A stretch of DNA of 64,000 nucleotides from contig CAZGAK010000004.1 in NCBI GenBank assembly GCA_964523565.1, forward strand, positions 12,933-76,932, in the 5' to 3' direction. The notes beneath the pieces were generated by a model. That model was not told the DNA's origin. It saw nothing but the letters and a program-made list of their open reading frames with translations, and did no database searches. Numbering within the stretch: position 1 is the stretch's first letter; every line of letters begins with the position of its first letter. The position numbers and the translations under genes were made by a program. The stretch comes from an uncultured Syntrophaceae bacterium. Its GTDB lineage: Bacteria > Desulfobacterota > Syntrophia > Syntrophales > UBA6807. Of the stretch, positions 18,480 to 27,772 are shown piece by piece.

Positions 18480-20897
18480 ATGAAGGACGAAAACAGGTCC
18501 AAAGAACAGATTGTAAACGAACTTGTTGAATTGCGCCAGAAGATTGTTGAACTGGAAGCATCGGAAACCGGGATTGAGGAGGCTGAAGATCTTTACCAGA
18601 CACTTGCAGAAAAATCCTTCGCCGGCGTCTACGTGGTACAGGACGGCATATTCCAATTCCTCAATTCCAATGCCGCGGCCTATGCCGGCTATACACCGGC
18701 GGAGCTGATCGGTAAAACATCTATAAGCATCGTCCACCCCGAAGACAGAGAAACAGCACGGAAGAATGCCGGGAAGATGCTAAAAGGTGAGCGCACTTTT
18801 CCCTACAAATTCAGGATCATCACCAAAGATGATTCTACAAGATGGATCATGGAGACAGTCACATCCATCAATTATAATGACAAACCTGCCGTCCTTGGGA
18901 ACTCCATGGACATAACGGAAAAGATAGCAACCCAGGAGTCCCTCCGTAGATCGGAACAACTATATGCCGACATCATTAACTTTCTTCCCGATGCCACCTT
19001 TGTCATTGATCTTGAAGGCAAGGTAGTTGCCTGGAACAGAGCGATTGAGGAGATGAGCGGAGTAAAGGCCAAAGACATGCTGGGCAAGGGAAACTATGAA
19101 TATGCTATCCCGTTTTATGGTGTTAGAAGGCCCATATTGATTGATCTCGTGTTTAAATCCGACGAAGAAATAGAGAAAAAGTATCACTTTATCAGTAAGG
19201 AAAAAGACTGTCTCATTGTCGAAACGGATGTTCCTTTAGTGAAAGGACACAATCTGTTTCTTTGGGGCAAGGCAAGTCCCATATATGATTACCAGGGGAA
19301 TGTAATTGGTGCCATCGAATCTATCCGCGACCTCACCGACCGCAAGCGGGTGGAGGAGGCGGTGCAACTGAGTGAGGAAAAATACCGTACACTCATTGAA
19401 TCGACATTAGATCTTGTCTTCATAGTGGACAGGAGGGGAATATATTCTTATGTTAACCCAACGCTTGAAAAGGTTACGGGTTATGCTGCTTCTGAATTAA
19501 TAGGACGTCCTTTTACATATATTGTTGCCCCTGAACAGGTAAAATCAACTATTAACCGTTTCAAAAAAGGGATTAAAGGTGAAGCTGCTCCGGCCTATGA
19601 AGCCGACCTTGTCCACAAAAATGGAGAAAGAATCCCCGTAGAATTCCTGGTGACCACATTATCTGATACGAAGGGGCAACCAACAGGCAGGTTTGGCATC
19701 GCCCGTGACATCACCGAACGCAAGCTGGCAGAAGAAGAAAAGCTGGAGTTGGAGACCAAGCTTCATCAGGCCCGGAAGATGGAATCCATCGGCATATTAG
19801 CAGGTGGCATCGCCCATGATTTTAACAATCTCCTCATGGGCATGCAGGGAAACGTCTCTCTCATGCTTTTAGGTATCGATCCAGGCCATCCACATTATGA
19901 AAAGCTGAAAACCATCGAACAACACGTCCAGAGCGGGGCAGAACTCACAAGCCAGTTACTGGGTTTTGCCAGGGGCGGGAAATACGAAGTCAAGCCAACC
20001 GATCTGAACAGTCTTATAAGGAAAACCTCTGAGATCTTGGGTCGCACAAAGAAGGAGGTTACGATTCACGAAAAATATCAGAAAGACATCTGGACGGTGG
20101 AAGCGGATCAGGGACAGATGGAACAGGTACTTTTGAACCTTTATCTAAATGCCTCACAGGCCATGCCCGGTGGTGGTGAACTGTATCTTCAGACGGAGAA
20201 TGTCACAATCGACAAGAAATACACTAAACCGCATAACATTGAACCGGGCAATTATGCGAAGATATCCGTTACAGATACAGGGACAGGCATGGATGAAGCC
20301 ACAAGGCAAAAGATATTCGATCCATTCTTTACCTCTAAGAAAATGGGAAGTGTCAAGGGTACAGGCCTGGGCCTTGCCTCTGCCTATGGAATCATAAAAA
20401 ATCACGGCGGCATTATAGATGTCTACAGCGAAAAGGGCGCGGGAAGCACCTTCAACATCTACCTGCCAGCATCTGAAGCGGTGATCGGCGATCAGGAAGC
20501 AGAGATCAGAGAGGAAAAGATTCCGACAGGACATGAGACGGTTCTTTTTGTAGATGATGAGGAGATGATTATCGATGTCAGTAAAGAGATGTTGAAGACA
20601 CTGGGCTACGAGGTATTAACGGCTCGAAACGGAAGAGAAGCAATAGAGGTCTACAAAGAAAACCGGGACAGGATTGACATAGTCATCATGGACATGATCA
20701 TGCCGGAGATGGGCGGAGGTGAAGCTTACGATCGGCTGAAAGAGATCAACCCGGATATAAAGGTTCTCCTTTCAAGCGGATACAGCATAACTGGTCAGGC
20801 TACCGAGATATTGAACCGTGGCTGCAATGGTTTTATCCAGAAGCCATTCAACCTGAAAGACCTGTCTCAGAATATAATAGAGATTCTTGCAAAATAA
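18480..20897 (+). CDS. Hybrid sensor histidine kinase/response regulator with multiple PAS domains
   Basis: 805 aa with a coiled-coil N-terminus and about 3 PAS repeats (DITERK/DLTDRK linkers). H-box GGIAHDFNNLL, HATPase G-boxes, and a C-terminal REC domain (VLFVDDEE...IVIMDMIMPEMGG). Confidence 0.9.
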   Translation: MKDENRSKEQIVNELVELRQKIVELEASETGIEEAEDLYQTLAEKSFAGVYVVQDGIFQFLNSNAAAYAGYTPAELIGKTSISIVHPEDRETARKNAGKMLKGERTFPYKFRIITKDDSTRWIMETVTSINYNDKPAVLGNSMDITEKIATQESLRRSEQLYADIINFLPDATFVIDLEGKVVAWNRAIEEMSGVKAKDMLGKGNYEYAIPFYGVRRPILIDLVFKSDEEIEKKYHFISKEKDCLIVETDVPLVKGHNLFLWGKASPIYDYQGNVIGAIESIRDLTDRKRVEEAVQLSEEKYRTLIESTLDLVFIVDRRGIYSYVNPTLEKVTGYAASELIGRPFTYIVAPEQVKSTINRFKKGIKGEAAPAYEADLVHKNGERIPVEFLVTTLSDTKGQPTGRFGIARDITERKLAEEEKLELETKLHQARKMESIGILAGGIAHDFNNLLMGMQGNVSLMLLGIDPGHPHYEKLKTIEQHVQSGAELTSQLLGFARGGKYEVKPTDLNSLIRKTSEILGRTKKEVTIHEKYQKDIWTVEADQGQMEQVLLNLYLNASQAMPGGGELYLQTENVTIDKKYTKPHNIEPGNYAKISVTDTGTGMDEATRQKIFDPFFTSKKMGSVKGTGLGLASAYGIIKNHGGIIDVYSEKGAGSTFNIYLPASEAVIGDQEAEIREEKIPTGHETVLFVDDEEMIIDVSKEMLKTLGYEVLTARNGREAIEVYKENRDRIDIVIMDMIMPEMGGGEAYDRLKEINPDIKVLLSSGYSITGQATEILNRGCNGFIQKPFNLKDLSQNIIEILAK

Positions 20898-20919
20898 ACA
20901 GGGTTGTTTTGCTTACGAA

Positions 20920-21110
20920 TTATGAATGCACTATAAGGTTTTCTTCAATGAATGCTGTGCCCGGACTTTCATGGATATGACCACAGATTACCAGCCTCGG
21001 CTGGTGAGTTGAGATGATTTCATGAAGACTCCGGCAGTCTGCATGAAATCTGCCCAGTACTTCGTCCAGGCTTCCCTATGGTGGCGGATGGACAACCAGC
21101 ACGGGACTTC
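20920..21110 (-). pseudogene. Metallophosphoesterase C-terminal remnant with in-frame stop
   Basis: Minus frame reads RSPVLVVHPPP*GSLDEVLGRFHADCRSLHEIISTHQPRLVICGHIHESPGTAFIEENLIVHS*. It carries the GHIHE motif, has TAG at 21075-21077, and lacks the N-terminal part. Confidence 0.5.
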
Positions 21111-21193
21111 TTTTTTGCTATTTATGTTATTCTCTGTCTGTTGTAATCTTAAACTTAATTTTTACCCTTTATTAATTCAACAGGAGATCAAAT

Positions 21194-21673
21194 TTGACGG
21201 TCGCATTGATAATCTTAGGACTAATTGTTGCCTTGGTCGGTTTAATCGGGTGCATCTTTCCCGTCATCCCGGGGCCTTCTCTCAGTTTTTTATCCTTAAT
21301 TATTCTCTCCTATGCCAAGGACTGGGAAGTATTCAGTGTTACATTCTTGATTATTATGGGAATCTTAACGATAGTAGTTACCGCTCTGGACTATATAGTT
21401 CCCGCCGGCGGGGCAAAAAAATACGGGGCATCAAAATATGGTGTGGGGGGATCGATTATCGGAATGCTCACAGGTTTTTTCTTCTTCCCGCCCCTGGGAT
21501 TGTTCGTCGGTGCATTTGCGGGAGCATTAGCCGGGGAACTCCTGGCAAGAAAGGGGGGAAAGGAGGCATTGCGAGCCGGCTGGGGTGTATTCGCAGGAAT
21601 CATGGTGGGCATTGGATTGAAACTGGCCTTTTCCGGAGTCGTACTTTTCTTTTATATTAAAGAATTGTTCTGA
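21194..21673 (+). CDS. DUF456-like membrane protein
   Basis: 159 aa with four hydrophobic segments and FPVIPGPSLSFL near the N-terminus. TTG start. Confidence 0.7.
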   Translation: MTVALIILGLIVALVGLIGCIFPVIPGPSLSFLSLIILSYAKDWEVFSVTFLIIMGILTIVVTALDYIVPAGGAKKYGASKYGVGGSIIGMLTGFFFFPPLGLFVGAFAGALAGELLARKGGKEALRAGWGVFAGIMVGIGLKLAFSGVVLFFYIKELF

Positions 21674-21816
21674 TTGTATGAGGTGGTGGAACAGAAAATG
21701 TAAGTCTTTCAGTTGCTTTTTCTCCTATTGTGCTTTATGGATATAAGCAGTAATGTTTGTTCTGATAGAAATATCGGTTTTTCTTTGATTAAACGAAAAT
21801 ACGGGGGGATCAAAAA

Positions 21817-22545
21817 ATGCGTAAAAACATTTTTCTCAGAAAAAAGTGGTGGGTTATCTGCTTTGTAATTCTGGCACTTTTATTCAGTTGGACAACATGC
21901 GGATACTGCGCAAAAATAAAAAGCTTTTCCGCTGATCAGGTATCCATCGACCCGAGCGGTAAGGCGCTTAATGTCGGCAAATTATACATGACTCCTGACA
22001 AAATCCGGATGGATATGCAATCTCCGAAAGATGAGGGGAATATGATTATGATTTTCCGAAGAGACCTCAAGGTCCACTGGATGCTCAACCCGAAAGACAA
22101 GAAGTACTTCGAGAGGCCGATTAATGAAGAAGAGATGAAGAAGGCCTTGAATCAGAGCGTTAGTCAGCATGAGGAAATTTTGGGTACCGAGACGGTAAAC
22201 GGCTTCAAGTGCCGTAAAAAGCGTATTGAAACCACCGTATCGTTTATGGGCATCAAGAGAAAAAGCCACTCCACTATATGGGTTTCAAATAAACTGGAAA
22301 TGCCTATTAGAACAAAAAGCAAAGATGGAGATATCACGGAATTGCGGAATATTAAACCGGGTCGCCAGTCTGCCAGGCTTTTCAAAATCCCTGACGGTTA
22401 CCAAAAGGTTGCAAGTATCATTGCGCTGTATGGTAATCTTCCGGCAGGTGAAAAAGCCGAGGGCTCAGATAAAGAATCTTTGTTTAAACTTCCAAAGGGT
22501 ATCAAGTGGCCATTTGGCGATAAAAAAGAAGCTGGTACCGAGTGA
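21817..22545 (+). CDS. Secreted protein (tentatively DUF4412-like)
   Basis: N-terminal signal peptide (WWVICFVILALLFSWTTCGYC). The family guess is from memory. Confidence 0.6.
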   Translation: MRKNIFLRKKWWVICFVILALLFSWTTCGYCAKIKSFSADQVSIDPSGKALNVGKLYMTPDKIRMDMQSPKDEGNMIMIFRRDLKVHWMLNPKDKKYFERPINEEEMKKALNQSVSQHEEILGTETVNGFKCRKKRIETTVSFMGIKRKSHSTIWVSNKLEMPIRTKSKDGDITELRNIKPGRQSARLFKIPDGYQKVASIIALYGNLPAGEKAEGSDKESLFKLPKGIKWPFGDKKEAGTE

Positions 22546-22661
22546 TACTTAACCCAACGGACAGGTAAACTCAAGTCTCGATCCGGCAACTTCATAAGAA
22601 AGACTGCCGGCAGCGGATAGAACGATAGTAAAAAATGAACAATTCTTGATTTTAAGGGAGG

Positions 22662-23102
22662 ATGACAATGTTTGAGAAAATTTTGTATCCGACGGACTTT
22701 TCAGATGAGGCCCTGAAGGCCCTGGAATTTATCAAGCAGTTAAAAGGTGCCGGAGCAAGAGAGGTAATTGTTCTCCATGTTATTGACAGAAGAGGCCTCA
22801 ATGATCTGGCCCGGTTTGCCAAGAAAGATCTCCCGGGAATCATGAAAGATCTGGAGAAAAAAACAAAAGGCGAAATGAGTCATGCAATGAATGAACTGAA
22901 AGAAGTTGGTCTTGAAGTCAAATTGAGGATCGAGAAAGGCGGACCATATAACGAAATATTGAAGGTGGCAGATGAGGAAAATGTTTCGCTAATTGTTATT
23001 GGGTCTCATGGGAAAGGTAATATTGACAAAATGTTACTGGGATCTGTTTCGTATAAACTGGTAAAAAGCGTTAAAAGACCTATACTTGTCATAAAGAGCT
23101 GA
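22662..23102 (+). CDS. Universal stress protein
   Basis: 146 aa with KILYPTDFSDEA at the N-terminus and GSHGKGNIDKMLLGSVS (ATP-binding G-2x-G-9x-G(S/T)). Confidence 0.85.
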   Translation: MTMFEKILYPTDFSDEALKALEFIKQLKGAGAREVIVLHVIDRRGLNDLARFAKKDLPGIMKDLEKKTKGEMSHAMNELKEVGLEVKLRIEKGGPYNEILKVADEENVSLIVIGSHGKGNIDKMLLGSVSYKLVKSVKRPILVIKS

Positions 23103-23181
23103 TTCATAAACACACTATAGGGTTACACCAGTAGATCAGGAAGAAAATCCAAAAAAGATAATTGAAATTTAAACAGTAATT

Positions 23182-24411
23182 ATGAAAGATCAATACGATG
23201 TAGTGGTCGGTATCCCCTCATATAACGAGTCGAAGACCATCGGTCATGTAGTCTCGATGGCTGGGCTGGGCCTTGCAAAGTATTTCCCGAATTCAAGATG
23301 TATTATTGTTAATTGTGATAACAACAGTCCTGACGATACAAAAGGGGCTTTCTTTGCTGCCAGGGTTCCTTCTGAAATAAAGAAAAAATATATTTCCACA
23401 TCGGAAGGGGTAAAAGGTAAGGGAAATAATTTCTGGAATCTCTTTCACTTTTGTAAGAAAGCAGGGGCCAGGATTACTATTGTTGTCGATGCAGATATTC
23501 GGTCCATCACCCCGGAATGGATAAAATATCTCGGCTATCCTGTCAAAGAAGGATATGATCTGGTTACTCCTCTGTATTCGAGGCATCAATTTGACGGAAC
23601 CATCACGAATCACTTTTGTTATCCCCTTGTTTTTTCCCTCACAGGCTTTAATATCCGCCAGCCCATCGGAGGAGATTTCGCCTTTTCTCCGGGGTTATGT
23701 TCATACTGGCTTGAGCAGTCATGGGATGATATGGTGCGACAGTACGGCATCGATGTTTTTATGTCACTGAATGCACTGTTTGGTGACTTCAAAATCTGTC
23801 AGGCGGGATTGGGGACCAAGATCCACAATGCCAGCAATCCTAAACTCGGCAGGATGTTTGAAGAGGTTGTATACACCCTCTTTTCGACTTTAATTAAGTA
23901 TCGATGTGAATGGCTGGATGCCAGGCTAAAAGAGAGCTCGAATATCTTTTGGCAAACCACTGTCCGAAGAATAGAGTGCTATGGTTCAGAGAAACTGATG
24001 GAGACCCAGTCACTCGATATTGATATTCTGAAACTAAAGCAGGACTGTCGTAAGGAGTATAAAAAATATCACAAATTGGTGAACGAGTATTTGAGTCCAT
24101 ATGCCTATAAGAAAATTGACAACATGTTTAACATGGATAATTACGATGTGGACATCATGCTCTGGTCTCAGATGGTTTACGGACTCCTCTTTCTTTTCGA
24201 TGGAGCTTCAGAAAAGATAAAGGGTGAAATTATTAACGCACTGAAACCTCTCTATTTTGCTCGCAGCCTGACCTTTGACTATCAGACCTGGCGTTATAGT
24301 ATAGCTTTTGCTGAAGAAGAAGTGGAGAGTGAAGCCATGGCTTTTCTCTCTCAGAAGCCATATTTATTCGGGCTTTATCTGGGAGAAGGAAAGTGCTCTT
24401 ACAGGGATTAA
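23182..24411 (+). CDS. GT-A fold glycosyltransferase (GT2-like)
   Basis: VVVGIPSYNESKTIGHVV...VNCDNNSPDDT...VVDADIRS (a DxD-like motif). 409 aa. Confidence 0.7.
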   Translation: MKDQYDVVVGIPSYNESKTIGHVVSMAGLGLAKYFPNSRCIIVNCDNNSPDDTKGAFFAARVPSEIKKKYISTSEGVKGKGNNFWNLFHFCKKAGARITIVVDADIRSITPEWIKYLGYPVKEGYDLVTPLYSRHQFDGTITNHFCYPLVFSLTGFNIRQPIGGDFAFSPGLCSYWLEQSWDDMVRQYGIDVFMSLNALFGDFKICQAGLGTKIHNASNPKLGRMFEEVVYTLFSTLIKYRCEWLDARLKESSNIFWQTTVRRIECYGSEKLMETQSLDIDILKLKQDCRKEYKKYHKLVNEYLSPYAYKKIDNMFNMDNYDVDIMLWSQMVYGLLFLFDGASEKIKGEIINALKPLYFARSLTFDYQTWRYSIAFAEEEVESEAMAFLSQKPYLFGLYLGEGKCSYRD

Positions 24412-24582
24412 AAATCAGGAGCTTGAATATCCGATTCTGGTTTAAGTGCCTATGATAATTGCTTCAAGCTTGACACATAACATGATTTTGTCTATGTTGG
24501 GTTGCTATGGATTGGTTTCCTTTAACAGCATGATAGTGGTCTGAAAAATGAAAATATCATTACAAGAGAGGAGAACAGGTAA

Positions 24583-25338
24583 ATGGGTAAGAAAATTCTA
24601 TGGTGTTTGGCTTTACTGTTAACAATGTTTTTTTTAACAAATGTAACGGATACACTCGCAAAGGAGAAAGTTTATATCAACGGCATCGATGCTAATTTCC
24701 CTCCATTTGCATATGTAGACAAAAACGGTGTTCCTGATGGATTTGATGTAAAATCTGTAGATTGGATCGCCAAACAAATGGGCTTCAAAGTAATACACAA
24801 GCCTATGGATTGGGATGGCATTATCCCAAGTCTGAAGGCAAAGAAGATTGACATGATCGCATCCGGAATGAGCGTAACGGAAAAAAGGCAGAAACAGGTG
24901 AATTTTACCATCCCCTATTGGGTTATTGCCCAGGTGCTTGTGACCCCCAAGGATTGCAACAAATCTGTGGATGAACTTTTGTCCAATGGAAATAAAGTTG
25001 GTGTCCAGAGAGGAACGTCGGAAGCCAAATGGATGAAAGAAAACCTGATTAAAAAGGGAAAGAATTTCAAGCTCGTCGAATATGATTCAGCCCCCCTCGC
25101 CGTTGAGGATGTGCTAAACGGACGTATCGTTGCCGCCGCCATGGACGATGCACCGGCTAAAGATGCAATGCGGAAAAAACCCGTCAAAATTGTCGGAACC
25201 TTTGGTATGCCGAATGAAGATTTCGCATATGCCGTCCGCAAGGAGGACAAGGAACTTCTTAAAACTATGAATGAAGGACTGCGCCGTCTGATGGCTTCTC
25301 CTTACTGGGATGAGCTAATAAAGAAATATGAACCCTGA
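24583..25338 (+). CDS. Polar amino-acid ABC transporter substrate-binding protein
   Basis: Signal peptide plus the family-3 SBP pattern (GIDANFPPFAY...GFDV...DMIASGMSVTEKR). Confidence 0.9.
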   Translation: MGKKILWCLALLLTMFFLTNVTDTLAKEKVYINGIDANFPPFAYVDKNGVPDGFDVKSVDWIAKQMGFKVIHKPMDWDGIIPSLKAKKIDMIASGMSVTEKRQKQVNFTIPYWVIAQVLVTPKDCNKSVDELLSNGNKVGVQRGTSEAKWMKENLIKKGKNFKLVEYDSAPLAVEDVLNGRIVAAAMDDAPAKDAMRKKPVKIVGTFGMPNEDFAYAVRKEDKELLKTMNEGLRRLMASPYWDELIKKYEP

Positions 25339-25369
25339 TACTCTGCTCATTTGAATCATTTTTCCATTA

Positions 25370-25412
25370 CTGGAAGGCATCAGGATACATTCCTGATGCC
25401 TTCCAGGTTTTA
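25370..25412 (+). terminator. Strong hairpin after the SBP gene
   Basis: Perfect 16-bp stem CTGGAAGGCATCAGGA/TCCTGATGCCTTCCAG with a 5-nt loop, followed by GTTTTA. Confidence 0.7.
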
Positions 25413-25640
25413 TACAATCGATATGACAGGGGAAATGAAGGCTCCACCGCCTGCAAGGCGCCAGCTCCTGGTTTACTGCTGAAACACGGCTGAAGATTAT
25501 AAAACCCGAAGCTCGCAATTCGTAAAACGTTATCCGGTTTTCGATTTTCGCTATCCGAAACCCGAATTTAACAAACTGATGTCTTCGCCTGAAGGCGAGG
25601 ATTTTTTCTCACAGTCCCCGAGAGGGACAATAATATCAGG

Positions 25641-26309
25641 ATGACAGAAGGCTTACTTGCAATCTATGAGGCTTTGCCGTACCTGCTCGAGGGATCACTC
25701 GTGACGATGGCACTGGTTTGCGGAGCCCTGGGACTGGGCTTGACCATTGGCATTATCCTGGCTGTTGGTCAGGTTTATGGCAACTCCTATATTCGATATC
25801 TGATTGGAATCTACGTATGGTTTTTTCGTGGTGTACCTCTTCTCGTCCTTCTGTTCCTTTTTTACTTTGGACTTTTTTCTTTGCTGGGAATTAATCTTTC
25901 TGCTTTCTCTGTAGCTACCATCGTTCTCGGTCTCATCAGTTCTGCCTATCAGTCTCAAATATTTCGGGGAGCCATTTTATCCTTACCTGAAGGACAGCTC
26001 AAGGCAGCCAGATCCCTCGGCATGAGTGATGGGAAATCAATCTTATTTATCATTTTGCCACAGGCATTACGGTTGTCTATTCCAGGCTGGTCCAATGAAT
26101 ATTCCATAATTTTAAAAGATTCTGCCGTTGCCTATGCCCTGGGCGTTATGGAGATGATGGCGCGTGCTCATTTTGTTGCTTCGAGGACATACGAGCATTT
26201 ACCCCTTTATTTTGCAGCCGGATTAATCTTCTTGATTTTAACATACATGGGAACCAAAGCTCTCAGAATGCTGGAAGAAAGAGTGAGAATCCCGGGCTAT
26301 ACTCAATAA
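25641..26309 (+). CDS. Amino-acid ABC transporter permease
   Basis: 222 aa, HisM/GlnP-type, with an EAA-like loop (AARSLGMSDGKSILFIILPQALR). Confidence 0.9.
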   Translation: MTEGLLAIYEALPYLLEGSLVTMALVCGALGLGLTIGIILAVGQVYGNSYIRYLIGIYVWFFRGVPLLVLLFLFYFGLFSLLGINLSAFSVATIVLGLISSAYQSQIFRGAILSLPEGQLKAARSLGMSDGKSILFIILPQALRLSIPGWSNEYSIILKDSAVAYALGVMEMMARAHFVASRTYEHLPLYFAAGLIFLILTYMGTKALRMLEERVRIPGYTQ

Positions 26310-26323
26310 GGAAGTTTACCGCC

Positions 26324-27088
26324 ATGACAATGGAAAGCCCTGTTTTAAGGGTTGAAAATATGACAAAAAGATATGACCAGAAAGAGGTTTTGAAAGATGC
26401 CTCTTTGTCTGTAAATAAAGGAGAATTAAAAATCCTTATCGGTCCATCCGGCGGGGGAAAAAGTACATTCCTCCAATGTATGAATTTTCTGGTTATACCC
26501 GATAAGGGTCGCGTCTGGCTGGATGGGAAAGAGATAATTCGTACCAGGAAGCAAGACCTTTATGCATACCGCCAGAAGGTGGGTATGATATTCCAGGATT
26601 TTAACCTGTTTGATCATCTGACCGCTCTTGGAAATGTCAAGATTGGCCTGGTGCGGGTTAAAGGTATGAGCAAAGAAGAAGCACGCTACAAGGCTTTGGC
26701 CGAATTAGGGAAAGTAGGTCTCATGGAACATATTTATAAGTATCCGGCTCAGCTTTCAGGAGGGCAAAAACAGCGGGTTTCCATTGCCAGAGCACTGGCC
26801 ATGGATCCAAAAGTTCTGTTGCTCGATGAACCGACATCGGCCCTCGATCCTGAACTTATCACAGAAGTTCTGGCCGCGATTAAGGATTTGAGAGATAATG
26901 GTATGACCATGGTCATGTCCACACATCAGATCGGATTTGCAAGTGAGATGGCAGATGAAGTCGTTTTTTTAGAAAACGGAGTTATTTTGGAGACAGGCTC
27001 TCCGGAAAAGATATTTTCTCAGGCAGAATATAAAAGAACCAGAGAATTTTGTTCCACGATTATAGAACTCTACGGGGATACTCGTTAA
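26324..27088 (+). CDS. Amino-acid ABC transporter ATP-binding protein
   Basis: Walker A GPSGGGKST, signature LSGGQKQRV and Walker B LLLDEPTSALD. Confidence 0.95.
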   Translation: MTMESPVLRVENMTKRYDQKEVLKDASLSVNKGELKILIGPSGGGKSTFLQCMNFLVIPDKGRVWLDGKEIIRTRKQDLYAYRQKVGMIFQDFNLFDHLTALGNVKIGLVRVKGMSKEEARYKALAELGKVGLMEHIYKYPAQLSGGQKQRVSIARALAMDPKVLLLDEPTSALDPELITEVLAAIKDLRDNGMTMVMSTHQIGFASEMADEVVFLENGVILETGSPEKIFSQAEYKRTREFCSTIIELYGDTR

Positions 27089-27089
27089 T

Positions 27090-27764
27090 ATGGAAGAATT
27101 GTTGTTTATCCAACAGGAAGTATTACCGTTTCTGTTCAAGGGATTGATTGTTAGTATCGAATTGATTATCCCGTCTGCATTGTTTGGCTTCCTTATTGGT
27201 ATAATTGTCGGTGTTTTGAGGGTTTTTGGAAATCCTTTTGCCATAATGATAGCTAATACGTATGTAGCCATATTCAGAGGATTTCCTCTTGTCATTCAAC
27301 TCTTTATTTGGTATTTCGGATTGCCTCATCTGGGAATATATCTGAACCCCTTTCTGGCATCTGTTATCGGCTTTTCCCTCTGTAGCGGTGCTTATCAATC
27401 TGAATATATTCGGGGAGCACTCCTCTCTATCAAAAAAGGTCAATTGCTGGCAGCCGAGTCTCTTGGTTTCACAAAGGTACAAATGATATTTTCGGTTATC
27501 TTTCCTCAGGCATTTCGCCGGGCCCTCCCCGGTTGCGGGAATGAGATTATTTATCTTATAAAGTATTCATCTCTGGCTTATATGATTACCTGTATCGAAC
27601 TGACCGGTCAGGGGAAAATTATTGCCTCTGAAACTTTCAAGTACACGGAAATCTTCTTTATTATAGGAATTTTTTACCTTGCCTTAACGTCTGCCGCAAG
27701 CTGGCTTCTCCACAACCTGGAGAATCGTCTCCGTCTTCCCGGCTTTGATCATTACAGTGTTTGA
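27090..27764 (+). CDS. Amino-acid ABC transporter permease (second)
   Basis: 224 aa with an EAA-like loop (AAESLGFTKVQMIFSVIFPQAFR). Confidence 0.9.
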   Translation: MEELLFIQQEVLPFLFKGLIVSIELIIPSALFGFLIGIIVGVLRVFGNPFAIMIANTYVAIFRGFPLVIQLFIWYFGLPHLGIYLNPFLASVIGFSLCSGAYQSEYIRGALLSIKKGQLLAAESLGFTKVQMIFSVIFPQAFRRALPGCGNEIIYLIKYSSLAYMITCIELTGQGKIIASETFKYTEIFFIIGIFYLALTSAASWLLHNLENRLRLPGFDHYSV

Positions 27765-27772
27765 TTAAAAAT

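Noticed and set aside
21022-21660. 212-aa plus-strand ORF
   Set aside because: It overlaps the DUF456 membrane gene out of frame and the metallophosphoesterase remnant antisense. Its Cys/Arg/Gly-rich composition is nonsense-like.
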